Source of the DNA: Felis catus
Taxonomy: Eukaryota
Reading direction: 5' to 3'
DNA: 64,000 bases
NCBI RefSeq assembly: GCF_018350175.1
Contig: NC_058369.1
Location: 18,478,001-18,542,000, forward strand
Below the pieces are notes generated by a model that worked only from the letters and a program-made list of their open reading frames with translations, did not search any database and was not told the DNA's origin. Position numbers and translations under genes: made by a program. Positions 29,199 through 43,510 of the stretch are shown here, in pieces. The first letter of the stretch is position 1, and every line of letters starts with the position of its first letter.

Positions 29199-32100
29199 AT
29201 CTTAAAGAAAAAAAAAAGGAATTCAGAGAGGAGACTGTTGGAAAATGAAGCTAGAAAGATGAATGGTTACACTGGAGGATCTGGAATGTCAATACACAGC
29301 AACCTGTATTCTATTCTGTAAGCGAGGGAAAGCCACTGGAAAACACAATCAGATCTGTGATTTACAAAGACAGCTTTGGCAGCAGCATTTGAAATAGCTA
29401 GAAGGTGGACTGGGCAAGGATGAGAAGACCATGATGAGAGTATGAGAGTGCCCTGGAGAAGAGAGAAGCCTAATGAAAAGGTGAGGTGGAAGGAGCACAA
29501 TCTAACAGGCTTTTCCTAACACTACACACATTTCTGTCCTACCCCCACCCCCCTGAACCAGTTGAAAAAGATTAGTGCCCAGGTAAATTGTTACTGCAGG
29601 TAAAAACAGCATAGCCCTCAAGTGTATAGAATGGGGAGAGGCAGTGATCAATCCACAGAGACTGCCAGTAACATGGAAAAGGTAGGCACAAAAAACCCAG
29701 AGATATTTGTATTTGAAGAGAGCAGTCAGAAAGCTATGACAACCAGCACCAAGAGAAAGGAAGAGGGTACTTCAAGGAATGGCTTCATATTATATGGCTA
29801 GCAAAAAGGGCATGGGCACAGCAATCAAAACCCTTTCAGTTGGCCACAGGGGAAGAGTAGTAGACTGTGGTAGACTGAGAAGATGAGGGCATGGAGGTCG
29901 GTGATATAAAATGTTCTTTCAAAAAGTTAGGAAATACATGTTACAACATGGATGAACCTTGAAAACTTTATGTTCAGTAAAAGAAGCCAGTCACAAAAGA
30001 CCAAATATATGGTTCCAGTTATATGAAATGTCCAGAACAGACAAATCTACAGAGACAGATTAATGGTTGCCTAAGGCTGGGGGTTGTGATGGGAGACTGG
30101 GGAATGACAGTTGAAGAGTATAGGAGTTTCTTTTTGAGGTGATGAAAATACTCTAAAATTGATTATACAATTCTGTAAATATACTAAAACCCACTATTTG
30201 TACACTTTAAATGGGCGAATTGTATGGTATATAAATTGTACCTCATAAAACTGTTACCAGGAAAAGTCGTCCCCCCTCCCCCCCCAATTAAGAGAAAAAA
30301 AGGTCTGGAATGTGTGGTAGACTACCCATTGTCTGTCTGCCTCATTATCATTCCCTTTCCTGGTCATACAGCTGCCAATAATAAAGACTACATTTCCTGG
30401 ACTCTGTTGCACCTAGGTGAAGTCATTAAGGTCTGGCCAGTGGACTATATGCAGAATTGATGCAGGATAGAGGAGACTTGCTAGAGCAATGTTTTGAGAT
30501 TAAGGGGAGTATATCTAGTACAGAAGTGGAAGGCGTGACCCTGGATATGAAATATTGACTCCTACAGGACTGCTCCACTGTTAACAGAGGAGGAAGCAGA
30601 CCACAACAGCCAAACCACAGGCAAATGAATAGAGGTGGTGGCAGACCCTTGTATTTGCTTCCATGTTCTCAATTAAGAAGCAAGATCGTTAGTTGACAGT
30701 AAGGCTAGGGAAGGAAAAAAGAAAGCGTGAGCTAAAGAGGTGGTGCTGTCTAAAAATAGGAGAAGAAATGGGCTAAGGAACTGCAGTGGAACTGCTAGGC
30801 AGTGCTACAGGCCACCTTTCAAGTTAGGGGTCATGAATTCAAAGCAAGACCAGTAAGCATGTTTTCTTCCTTCTCCAGCTACATGCAGTTATAGGTGTAG
30901 AGTGAGTGAAAAGATGGACTGAAAACAGGGCTGAGGTTTTCAGCCCTGAGCCTGAGTGGCTCAGTTGGCTAAGTGTCCAGCTCTTGGTTCTGGCTCAGGT
31001 CATGATCTCACGGTTCATGGGTTCAAGCCCTGAATCAGGCTCTGCCCTGACAGTGCAGAGCCTGCTTGGGATTCTCTCTCTCTGCCCTTCCCCAACTCGT
31101 GAGCATGTGCTTGTGTGCTCTCTCTCTCAAAATAAATAAAACTTTAATTTTTTAAAACACATTTTATTTTTGGGGCACCTGGGTGGCTCAGTCGGTTAAG
31201 CATCCAACTTCGGCTCAGGTCATGATCTCATGGTTCGTGGGTTCGAGCCCCGCATCGGGCTCTGTGCTGACAGCTCAGAGCCTGGAGCCTGTTTCGGATT
31301 CTGTGTCTCCCTCTCTCTCTGCCCCTCCCCCACTTGCACTCTGTCTCTGTCTCAAAAATAAATAAACATTAAAAAAAAACACACACACACATTTTATTTT
31401 TTTGAGAGACAGAGCACAAGAAGGGGAGGGGCAGAGAGAGAAGGAGACACAATCCAAGGCAGGCTGCAGCCTCTGAGCTGTCAGAGCTCAATGCATGGCC
31501 TGAACCCAGGAACCAGGAGATCATGACCTGAGCCCAAGTCAGACACTCAACTGACTGAGCCACCCAGGCAACCCAAAATAAATAAAACTTTAAAATAAAT
31601 AAATAAAAATAAACAGGGCTGAGGTTTTGCCAGATAAGATGAAATGGGACAGGAGAAAAAGGGTTGAGAACATATACAAGGGAGTGGTTACAGTAATGAA
31701 CTATGAACTCTAAGTTGAGTAAGGAGAAAAGTGGTAACTGAAGATGAGGAGCAATAAAGGGGAAGTAAGATCAATGGACTGTAAGCCCCAGTGAGGCTGA
31801 AGAATTTCAGTGTCTGAGTATTAGATGGATTAAGTCATAAAACTAGCATATTACCATTGTTGTAGGGGGCAATTTCTTTGTAGGGTCACTGGCAACATCT
31901 ATCAGAATTCAAACTGCATATATCCATTGAACCAGCAATTCCACTTACAAAAATTTATTCTACAAATATATTCACACATAAATACAATCATTTGTGTTCA
32001 AGAATGCTCACTTCAGCAATACTCATAATACCAAAAGACTAAAAACAATCTAGATGTTCCTTCTCCACAGAAGAAGATATTGGTTAAATATCTTAATCAT

Positions 32101-33589
32101 ACAATGGCATATTATGCAACCATTAAAAATAAAAAGGATTTGGGGCACCTGGGTAGCTCAGTTGGTTAAGCATCAGACTTCAGCTTAGGTCATGATCTCA
32201 CAATTTGTGAGTTTGAGTCCTGCTTTGGATGAGCTTGGGCCCTCCTTCAGGTGAGCTCGAACCCCACTTCGGATAAACATGAGCCCCCACATCAGGTGAA
32301 CCCTGCTTTTTTCTCCTCCCCTGCCCCTCGTGGGATTCTCTCTCCCTTTCTCTCTGTCCCTTGCTCACTTGCGACCTCTCTCTTTCTGTCTTGCTAATTA
32401 CAGATAGACAGATAGATAGATAGATAAAAATAAAAAATATATAAATAAAAATAAAGGCTAGACTCTTTAAAAATAAAAAGATATGTTAACAAGTGATCTC
32501 CAAGATAGATTATTAAATGAGAAGAGTTAAGGTGCTGAATATGTATACTGTCATAACACTGTGTAATGATGGGATGTATAGACATACAGAACAGGGCCTG
32601 GCAGAAATGCACAATTAATATTCACTGAAGAACAATGGACACTAGTGTAATCACAGACTCTCTCAACAAAGGCTGCCTCTAGAAACCATATATCATTTTG
32701 TATTGAATCTACCAAATGTATTATGTTTTTTGTTTTGCTTCAAAGTAGTCTCCACACCCAAAGTGGAACCTAATACAGGGCTTGAACTCACAATCCTGAG
32801 TAGAGATCAAGAATTGGATACTGGGGTGCCTGGGTGGCTCAGTCGGTTGAGCGTCCGACTTTGGCTCAGGTCACGATCTCATGATTCGTGGGTTCGAGCC
32901 CCATCTTGGGCTTTGTGCTGACAGCTCAGAGCCTGAAGCCTGCTTAGGATTCTATGTCTTCCTCTCTCTCTGCCCCTCCCCTGCTCTTTCTCTCTCTCTC
33001 TCTCTCTCTCTCAAAAATAAACAAACATTAAAAAAAAAAAAAAGTCAGATATTTAACCAACTGAGCCACCCAGGCACTCCTGTATTTTTTTTAAAAGATT
33101 ACAGCACTGACATATAGATCTTTCCAAGTCAGTACACGAGGTAAAAAAAGAAAGAAAAAAAGAAAAACCAAAGCAGTAGTACAACATACACAAAGATCCA
33201 TCCTGGAATCTGACGTCCTAAAGGCTTATAGAAGTATACTGTCCCCTCTCCCCCTTACAACTTCCCTAGGCTAGCCAAGACTGACTCACTACTCTCTCTT
33301 CCCTACAAAGAAGTAAAATAAGAGTATCTGTGATCAAGCACAGTTTAACACTGCCAACAACTGATTCCCACCACTCCTAACACTTCTCTTTATCTCCTTT
33401 TAGGCCAAAAGTTACAACTTCCCCCAGAGGGGCCTCCCTGACTACTCAAACACATATTCTTCTTCATCTATTAACTCCTATAGTGCTTGGTCTACTAGGT
33501 GCTGCTTCCCAAATTACGTAAGCCTACATCACTTGGTATTCTGCTTGCACTGGTAGTGAGGAGGCTCTGTACCCTGGTACTAGTGTTCA

Positions 33590-33780
33590 GAACAGCTGTG
33601 AATCTTTGGGCAAGTTACTTAAGCCCTCTGTGTCTCTACTTCCTCATCTGTACAATGGGAAAAATAATGGTTCCTATCCTCACAGAATAGTGGTAATTAT
33701 TAAATGCGTAACAGAGGAAAGGGCTTAGAACAAACAATACCTAGCATGTAACAGCTGTTTAACTATTGGATACTATTACC
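33590..33780 (+). mobile_element. MIR SINE
   Basis: MIR core tgggcaagttacttaagccctctgtgtctctacttcctcatctgtacaatggga. A reverse-strand MIR also lies at ~19790-19990. Confidence 0.7.
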
Positions 33781-34732
33781 TGTAAATTTCAATAAAAAAG
33801 ACTGTATCTTCAATTCTATATTCCCCATAATGCCCAACAGGGTCAAATATGGCAATGAAGAGAAGTGTTTGCTGATTGAATCAAAGAAAAGAAACCTAGC
33901 CTTTCTAAGTTAGTAGATAAAAATGCACTGGTATAGGGGCACCTGGCTGTCTCAGTCAAAAGAAAGAGCCTGCTACTCTTGATCTCAGGGTCATGAGTTT
34001 GAGCCCTGTGCTGGGTGTAGAAATTATTAAAAATAAATCAATAAATAAACTTTAAAAAATGCATGGGTGTAAGAAAGAGTTAATTTTTTAACTTTTTGAA
34101 GGGAAACTTTCAAAAGCTCAAGTTACTAAGATTAGACATTAGCCTTCAAATTTACTTCCTCTTAAGCACTTCCCTTCTTTTCTAAGTTGGCCTTAAGTCT
34201 CATTCTTAAGAAGAAATTGCTTCTTTTCCAAGAAGACTTACAAGCAGCAAACTATTATATATAAAACTCCCTAGTCCATACATTTATGTATGAAATATCA
34301 TAAAGGAGAGGGGGGGAAAAAGACTAAACATCTATCTTATCATCTTCTATATGGCAAAAAAGCCTTGAAGTAAGCAATCCTGGGAGTCTTTAAGTTTATT
34401 ATTATTATTTTTAGTAATTTCTACACCCAAGAAAGCTTAGGTGCTTGGGAAATCTTGGGGCTTGAACTCTCAACCCCGAGATCAAGAGTCATATGCACTA
34501 CTGACTGAGCCAGCCAAGCACGCCATTCTTGGAATATTTTAAAGCAGCAACTTCAACTGCTGAAGAGACTCATTACGGGAGATTAAAAAATAATCTATTC
34601 ACAGCTAAAACACGGAAGATTGCAAACTATTTTTTCCATAAATTAGAGCAAATTCAAGGATACCTGAATACAGTGGTGTTTTTTCAAAACTGAAGCTTTT
34701 CCCAATCTAGCAAATAATTGTTTTTTAAGGCC

Positions 34733-34846
34733 AAGTGTTTTTAAGGCCTATAAGGATTCCTTATAGTATTCTATAGTATTCTAGTAAGTGTTTTTAAGGT
34801 CTATAAGGATTCCTTATAGTATTCTATAGTATTCTAGTAAGTGTTT
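34733..34846. repeat. 53-bp tandem duplication (2.15 copies, one mismatch) with an internal palindrome
   Basis: Unit aagtgtttttaagg(c/t)ctataaggattccttatagtattctatagtattctagt starts at 34733 and 34786, with a partial copy at 34839. Confidence 0.93.
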
Positions 34847-36062
34847 CCCGAACAGTAGATAAAGGGCCTAGAAATTGTGCACTACCATTACCGTATCTTA
34901 CCTCATGAATAATCTTGACTGTTCACTATAGTTGGAGGAAGATATGATCACATACACTCCAATCCCTATTCCATCCACACATGCTGGAAGGGGCCACCTG
35001 ACACATGTTCTCAAAGATTTCCAGGTGATTCTTACCCACTTCCCCTCCCACCTAAAACACTACCAACAACCTTACCTGACCAAACATTACGCTAGGGTTT
35101 CAAAATCTGAATCCCATCCTGCATATGTCTAACAAGAAAACAGCATCTACCATACAGACTACTCAGTAAAATCAGAAATGTTCAGTCCCATGTAGATTAA
35201 CCAAAGTAAAAGTTTTGGGTTTTTTTTGTTTGTTTGTTTTGTTTTGAGAGACTGTGTGGGGGGGAGAGAGAGAGAGGGAAAGGAGAATCAATCCCACACA
35301 GGCTCTGCACTGTCAGCACAGAGCCTGATGTGGGGCTCGATCCCACAAACCGTGAGATCATGACCTGAGCTGAAATCAAGAGTCAGACGCTTAACTGACT
35401 GAACCACTCAGTGCCCCAAGGTTTTTTTCTTTTTTCTTTTTTTAAGTAAATTAACTTAATTAGTTTATTTTGGGAGAGAGCAAGAAAGAATAGTGGGGGA
35501 GGGGCAGAGAGACAGGGAGAGAGAATCCCAAGCAGGCTCCACACTGTCAGCACAGAGCCCAACACAGGGCTCGATCTCATGAACCATGAGATCATAACCT
35601 GAGCTGAAATTAAGAATCAGATGCTTAACTGAGTGAGCCGTCCAGACACCCTCAAAGTAAAAGATTCTACTAGAAATTAATTTCAGTTATAGGCAGCAAT
35701 AGTTACTGAGTTATAGGTAGTTGACAGTAATGGTAAAGGAGCTATGCTACTTAAGAGTTCATCAATGCTCTATCGCTTACTAGCTTTGTGCTCCATTACA
35801 GTTTCCTTACATGTCAAGTGGCGAATGAAATCTTCTAAACATGGTTGGTATGAAGATTAAATAAGACCAAAAGAGCTTACTTACTGAAAATAGGTCCGTG
35901 TTCAATAAAGGTTTCTCATTACTACTTAGGTCTCATTTTGGACAAATGGTAACTCCCTCCAAATTCCAATTGTCCAGAACTTGAGGACCAGTTTGTAATA
36001 TGGCCTGACCTGGAAAGAATGTTGTTTCTCCTAAAACGAAAATTTTACCAGTCTAGCAAATA

Positions 36063-36351
36063 TAGCTGACCCTTGAACAACACCGGTTTGAACTGCACTG
36101 GTCTACTTAATATGTGGATTTGCAGTAGACTACTAAACATATTTTCTCTTATGATTCTTTTTTATTTTTCTTATTAAGTAGGCTCCATGCTCAATGTGGG
36201 CCTTGAACTCATGACCCTAAGATCAAAAGTCACATACTTCTCTGACTGAGCCAGCTAGGTGCCCCTCTTATGATTTTTAGTACTGTATCTTTTTTTTTTC
36301 TTTCTTTATTTTGAGAGAGACAGAGACAGCGCAAGTAGGGGAGTGGGGGGG

Positions 36352-36402
<51 letters not shown>

Positions 36403-36915
36403 CCAAGCAGGCTCCACACTGTCAGCATGGAGCCCGATGCAAGGCTTGAACTCACGAACTGTGAGGTCATGACCTCAGCTGAAATCAAGAGTCAGACACT
36501 TAAACTGACTGAGCCACCCAGGTGTCCCTCTAGCTTACTTTAAGAATAAAGGGGCGCCTGGGTGGCGCAGTCGGTTAAGCGTCCGACTTCAGCCAGGTCA
36601 GGATCTCGCAGTCCGTGAGTTCGAGCCCCGCGTCAGGCTCTGGGCTGATGGCTCAGAGCCTGGAGCCTGTTTCCGATTCTGTGTCTCCCTCTCTCTCTGA
36701 CCCTCCCCCGTTCATGCTCTGTCTCTCTCTGTCCCAAAAATAAATAAACGTTGAAAAAAAAAAACAATTAAGAATACAGTATACAGGGGCATCTGAATGG
36801 CTCAGTCGCCTAAGTGTTTGACTCTTGATTTCGACTCAGATCATGATCTCACAGTTCCTGAGTTCAAGCCTTATATTGGGGTCTGTGCTGACAGTGTGGA
36901 GCCTGCTTCAGATTC

Positions 36916-36953
<38 letters not shown>

Positions 36954-37210
36954 TCCCTGCCCCATCCCTGCTCACTCATGTGCACAGGTGCTCTTTCTCT
37001 TAAAAATAAATAAAACTCCCCCCCCCCAAAAAAATACAGTATATAACACATTTAACATACAAAACACATGTTAATCGACTTTATGTCATCAGTAAGGCTT
37101 CCAGTCAACAGTAGGCTGTTAGTTACATATTTGGGGAGTCCAGTTATACTCAAAATTTCAGCTGCACAGGGGTCAGTGCCCCACCCCCCATACTGTTCAA
37201 GAGTCAGCTG
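36063..37210 (+). mobile_element. Tigger2a/MER28-like DNA transposon split by four SINEs
   Basis: TIRs agctgacccttgaaca ... tgttcaagagtcagct, with TA on both flanks (36061-36062, 37211-37212). Confidence 0.8.
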
Positions 37211-39129
37211 TAATTAGTTTTTCAAAGTATGTATCACATCCATACCTGACCCCACCCTCTTCTTTCCTGTTGAAAAAAATAATAAATTACTACTTATCTC
37301 TCACTGCCTGAAATTATAGGCCCACAATACTTCATCCAAAAGTCTTGGGACTAGGTATTTCTAAAGTCAGGATTTTTCAGATTTCAGAAAGATGGTATGG
37401 TACAAATGCCAAATACTCTGTAATATACCCAATGGGTTAATAGTTCTTCAGTAAAATAAATGAACATGTAAGGAGGATAAAAACTAAACAACCTCTCATC
37501 AGTTCAGTTCAGGTTTTACCATCAAATAGGTTTGTGATCTTCAGAACTTTCCAAAAGAAAGTTATGACCATCCCTAACCCAATGCCAATTTGCTTTAAAA
37601 TATACACACGCCATCACATTCTTCTGAATACTTTTTTTTTTAATTTTTTTTAACATTTATTTATTTTTGAGACGGAGAGAGACAGAGCATGAACAGGGGA
37701 GGGTCAGAGAGAGGGAGACACAGAATCCGAAACAGGCTCCAGGCTCTGAGCTGTCAGCACAGAGCCCAACGCGGGGCTTGAACTCACGGACTGCGAGATC
37801 ATGACCCGAGCTGAAGTCGGCCGCTCAACCGACTGAGCCACCCAGGCGCCCCTCTTCTGAATACTTTTTAAGCACTTTTTCTAATGCCCTCAGGTCTGAT
37901 TTTTCCCATGACTGGTAACTATGCTATTATCTCAGAGAAGTGGACTGAGCCATTCCTGCTATTTCTCTTGGGAAATTAAAACAAAATAGCCTTTAAATTA
38001 GGTAAGTTGGGGGCAGGGGGTGGTGTGCATTTAAGCTAAACTTCAGGGCTGACAGTAATTTGAATTCTACAACCTAAATTAGCTGAATGATTTCAATAAC
38101 TTGTTCAGGGACTATACATTTTACAATACTTATTTTCTTAGACTCACAGTAAATCTGCCTCTGTGCACAATTTTTAGCAGATAAGGAGCTACCAAAGGTG
38201 CTTCAGATGGTGCTATTTGGTTATAATGCATGTATTATCTAGACATTTATTAACCAAACATTCATTATAAGCAGGCACAAAACAGTTCTCCAGCTGAGAA
38301 ACAGTTGTAGAAATAATTCAACTGAATAACTATGCTGCTTCTGCTGGATCAAGATCTTTACAATATTTTGGAAAGATAATGAATAAATTCCTATGCAGAA
38401 AAAATAATCACAGCTTTAAAATGATAGCATACTTCAAATAATTATAATTTTACCTCATGATTCTACAAAGGGACTAATTACACAAAAGAAATAGTGATGA
38501 TTACAGTAAGCTTTCCTCAACCACTGAAGAAATAAAAGCATTTAATACAGCATAACTTTAGACATGGCTTAATTTTTTAACTTTTTACTGTATTCATTAC
38601 TTTAAACACATTACTTTAAAAACAGATTAGAAGCTGAGTTCAGGGGTACCTAGGAGGCAGAGTCAGTTGAGCGTCTGACTTTGGCTGGGGTCATGATCTC
38701 GCAGTTTTATGAGTTCCAGCCCCACAACGGGCTTGCAGCTGTCAGCGCAGAGCCAGCTTCAAATCCTTTGTTCCCCTTTCTCTGCCCCTCCCCCACTCTT
38801 GCTCTCTCAAAAATAAAATAAAATTTAAAAAGTTGAGGGGCACCTGGGTGGCTCAGCTGGTTAGGCATTGACTTCAGCTCAGTTTATGATCTCACGGTTC
38901 ATGAGTTCGAGCCTCGCGTCGGGCTCCGTGCTGCCAGCTCAGAGCCTGGAGCCTGCTTCGGATTATGTCTCCCTCTCTCTCTGCCCCTCCCCCACTCACT
39001 CTCTGTCTCTCTCCATCTCTCAAAAGTAAATGAACATTTAAAAAAAGTTTTTAAGGTTGAGTTCATGAAACTTACCTTTTTGACATCCATATGCCTCAAT
39101 TATATAATCTAGTTTGAAATTTTACATCC

Positions 39130-39550
39130 TGTAGTACCCCCTTCTCCACAAAGGATATGTTCCAAGACCCCCAGTGGATGCCTGAAACCACAGATGGTAC
39201 CGAACCCTACATACACTACGTCTTTCCTGTACATACATACCTATGATAAAATTTAATTTACAAATTACACACAGCAAGAGACTAAATAATAATGAAATAC
39301 AACAATTATAATATGCTATAATGAGTTATGTGAATGTAGTCTCTCCCCTCAAAATACCTTATTGCATTGTACTTACCCTTCTTGTAATGATGTGAGATGA
39401 TAAAATGCCTATGTGATGAGATGAAATGAGGTGAATGATGTAAGCACTGTGATGTAGCATTAGGCTGCTACTGACTTTCTGACATATGTCAAAAGGGAGG
39501 ATCATTACTTTCGGACCATGGTTGACCAGGACAGAAAACCAGGATAAGAA
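39130..39550. mobile_element. MER44/Tigger7-like DNA transposon fragment
   Basis: gtagtaccccc...gatatgttccaagacccccagtggatgcctgaaacc at one end and ttcggaccatggttgacc near the other, matching the MER44 termini as I recall them. Confidence 0.65.
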
Positions 39551-42500
39551 CCAGTGTGTGTTTTATTTCTCTCTCCACATAAGTTGTTATGAATCAGTAT
39601 TGTACAGATGACTATTATAAAAGCAAAAGTTGTCTAGTCTTTTAGAAACTAAAAAAATTTTTTAAGAAATTTTAAAAATCATAAAAATCCTGTGAATTTT
39701 ACTCAGAAGAATGATGATCCTAATGAACATTAAAAAGTTCCTCCCAATCCAGGTTTTGTCAATGTTTCTGCAGCACGGTGTAGTGTCAATGCAAGCTGTG
39801 CAAAAAATATTCTGGATGAAATCTAGGTACAAAATGTCATATTATAGATAAGAAAATATATTAAATCCCAGGACAGTATCTTATGAAATTATAAAACCCA
39901 AAGCATACAACCACCCTCAGCCAAAACAATATAATATCCTATAACTCAGGCTATTAACCCAGGGTATCTTCCTTCTTTCTTTTGCCCTTAATGCACCCCA
40001 CCTACCCTTCCCCACTTAGATAACTCATACTTCAGGCTAAGTCAGTCTCTCAGGGTGTTCCCTGAGCTCCCAATTTAGATCAGGCCTTTTGGATACTCCC
40101 ACAGCACCAAACCTCTCTCTGCCTCACTCATCACACCGCTCCAAAGTTTCTTCCTCCCAAACTCCATTAGTATAAGAATCATTATCTGTCTTATTAACCA
40201 CTGTCAGACAAGCATAGGTGCAAGCACATAATAGTTAAGTGTTCAAATAATAAACCTGAAAAAAATAAATTTCCAGGAGCAAAGAAGCTTTATACAACCA
40301 ATTTGGCGAACACAGATTTTAAAAAGAAAACAGTTACAACAACCTCGGCTGTGTACACTAGTGGTGAGGCTACCTCCTAGGGTAGGAGTCTAGTAGTTCA
40401 AGAATTCACCCTCGGGGCGCCTGGGTGGCTCAGTGGGTTAAGCATCCGACTTCGGCTCAGGTCATGATCTCACGGTCCCTGAGTTCAAGCCCCGCGTCAG
40501 GCTCTGTGCTGACAGCTCAGAGCCTGGAGCCTGTTTCAGATTCTGTGTCTCCCTCTCTCTGCCCCTCCCCCGTTAATGCTCTATCTCTGTCTCAAAAATA
40601 AATAAACGTTAAAAAAAAAAATTAAAAAAAAAAAAGAATTCACCCTCACAGAATTATAGAAACCTCTCATACAATCAGAAACTTAAACTGGGGCGCCTGG
40701 ATGGCTCAGTCGGTTGAGCATCCGACTTCAGCTCAAGTCATGATCTTGTGGTCCGTGGGTTTGAGCCTCACATTGGGCTCTGTGCTGATAGCTCAGAGCC
40801 TGGAGCCTGCTTTGGATTCTCTCTCTCTGCCCCTTCCCCACTCACACTCGTCTGTCTCTCAAAAATCAACATAAAAAAAAAAAAGAAACAAATTATCTGT
40901 AACAGTAATGCTAAAACTCACATCCTCCCTATGAACTTATTTGCTCTTATTTTATAAACGATTCTGTAAGTCTAAATGGAAAGCAGCTGAGTTCACAACA
41001 GTTTAGAAAAATGCATGCTTGAGTGAGAAAGCAGTGTAGCCTATGACAAGACTTAGGACACAGAAAACCCTGTAAATCAGGTTAGAAACATAAAATGGAG
41101 AGGGAGAGAAATGCCATTCTGGCCAGTCCTAAAGCAGGCTGACAGACTCCAAGGATAGAACTCAAAAACTCTCCCTTAGGAGGAAAGACCTCATTCATTA
41201 CATGGAGAAGCTTAAGTCCTAGATACCGTAAGACAGGGAAAAAGACGTCCACTGCAGAAATAAAACAAAAAAGTTGTAAAGCTTAAGAAAGAAAGCTTCA
41301 TTTATCTAGAATACAATGATACTATTTCAGTGGTTTAAGATCTCGATTTTTTCCCAAGAGCCATACTGTACCTAAACACACATGAATTCCATAAAAGCTT
41401 AAAGATGCCTTACAATGCCTTCTCTTGGAGCAAAACTATCAGTATTATGAAGGTGAAAATAAAGGTCAAAATACAGCTTTTTAACCAGCCAGTCCTCAAT
41501 TTAACAACCAAATCAGAATCAAATTTCTGTTCAAACAATAAGCCAGGTTGAAAAGCATAGACTTTTCATACGCACTCCCTTCTCAAATACCTTCCATTCT
41601 ACTGCTTTTGTCCTTTGTTAAAGTACACATTTAAAACGAATAGAGAGGGGCGCCTGGGTGGCTCAGGAAGTTGAGCATCTGACTTTGGCTCAGGTCATGA
41701 TCTCACAGTTCATGAGTTCGAGCCCCGCATCAGGCTCTCTGCTGTCAGCACATAGCTTGCTTTGGATCCTCTGTCCCCTCTCTCTCTGCACCTCCCCCAC
41801 TAGAGCTCTCTCTTTCAAAATTAAACATTTAATATTAGTAATAAATAAAGTAAAATGAATAGAATACATACTACTTCATTAAGAGGAAAAAAATCACTAT
41901 ATTGAAACTCTTTCAGTGCCATGGGCAGAACTGTCCTATCGACCCCAGGTTCACCTACACCCAGGACTGTCCCTGACACACAGGAAACACCATTAAACAC
42001 TCGGGAAATTAAATTGAAAACATAAAGCCATTTATTTGGTTTGCAAACAATATAGGAAAACGCCTGGCAAAAAGGCTCAAACCAACTGTCCATTTGTTCA
42101 CAATGCACTTGAGCCTGGTACTATTGTTATTTTGCCATCTTGATCAAGCAGTTGTTAAGGGTCGATGTCAGTTCAAGGGCTCTTAGAGATGGAGAGCAGC
42201 AAACCTAAGGCAAATGAAGGCAAGCAGAGGAAAACCCCACAAAGCCTCCAATATATGGCCAAGTAAGAATAACCCCAGACTAGGGGCGCCTGGGTGGCTC
42301 AGTCGGTTGAGCATCCGGCTTCGGCTCAGGTCATGATCTCACGGTTGGTGAGTTCGAACCCCACGTCGAGCCCCACGTCGGGCCCTGTGCTGACAGCTCA
42401 GAGCCTGGAGCCTGCTGTGGATTCTGTGTGTGTCTCTCTCTCTGCCCCTCCCCTGCTCATGCTCTTCCCTATCTCTCGAAAGTAAATAAACATTAAAAAA

Positions 42501-42899
42501 AAAAAAAATTAAAAAAAAAAAAAAAAAGAATAACCCCAGACTAAAATTCTCTTTTGAGGCTAAAGGAAAGAAATACTCCCTTCTGGCTTTCTAAGTAAGA
42601 ACATCAGATCATTCACCTCAAAATGTAAATATCCCAAGGTTAACCTTAAATAGATGTGCAGAATCAGAATTTGATTTTGTACAGTTTAATTCTCCACTTA
42701 TATATTGCTCACAAGACAATGCTTGTCTGGAGAACCACCATAAAGAGAAGAATAAACTAACTCCAATGAGTTGCCTAGGTGTTTCAGCAATGATAATGCA
42801 CAGCCAGACACCCTGCATTCTGGCGCAAACATCTCTATTCCTTTCAAGGTTCCACAATTAGCAAGATGAAAACTCTGTAAGGCCTAAACATCTATTTAA

Positions 42900-43510
42900 A
42901 ACTTTTTTTTAATTCAGGTGAAATACACAATATAAAGTTCACCTTTTTAAAGTGTACATTTCAGTGATATTTAGCATATTCGCCATGCTGCAAAACAACC
43001 AAGCCTATCTAGTTCCAAAACATTTTCATTACCACAAAAGAAAACCCCATGCTTATTAAGCAGTCCATCTCCAGTTCCCCTTCTCCTAGCATCTGGCAAC
43101 CACCAATTCGCTTTGCGTCTCTACAGGTTTACTATACTAGATACTTCATATAAATTAAATCATACAATATATGGCCTGTGTTTGGCTTCTTTCATCTAGC
43201 ATAATACTTTCAAGGTTCATCCATGTTATACCACATATTAATACTTCATCTTTTTAAGTAGTTGAAAAATATTCCATTGTATGTATACAACCACATTTGT
43301 TTACCGACTTATCTGCTGATGAACATTTGAATTATTTCCACCTTTTGGCTATAAGAATGGTGATGCTATGAACATCTATGTACAAGCATTTATTCGACTA
43401 CTTGTTTTCAATTCTTTTGCGTATAGAGCTAGGAGTAGAACTGCTGGGTTGTATGCTAACTCTATATATTTAACCATTCGAGGAACTGCCAAACTGTTTT
43501 CCACAGCGTA
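42900..43510 (-). mobile_element. Old LINE-1 3' end fragment
   Basis: tggcttctttcatctagcataatactttcaaggttcatccatgtt and aggagtagaactgctgggtt...gaggaactgccaaactgttttccacagc. Confidence 0.7.
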
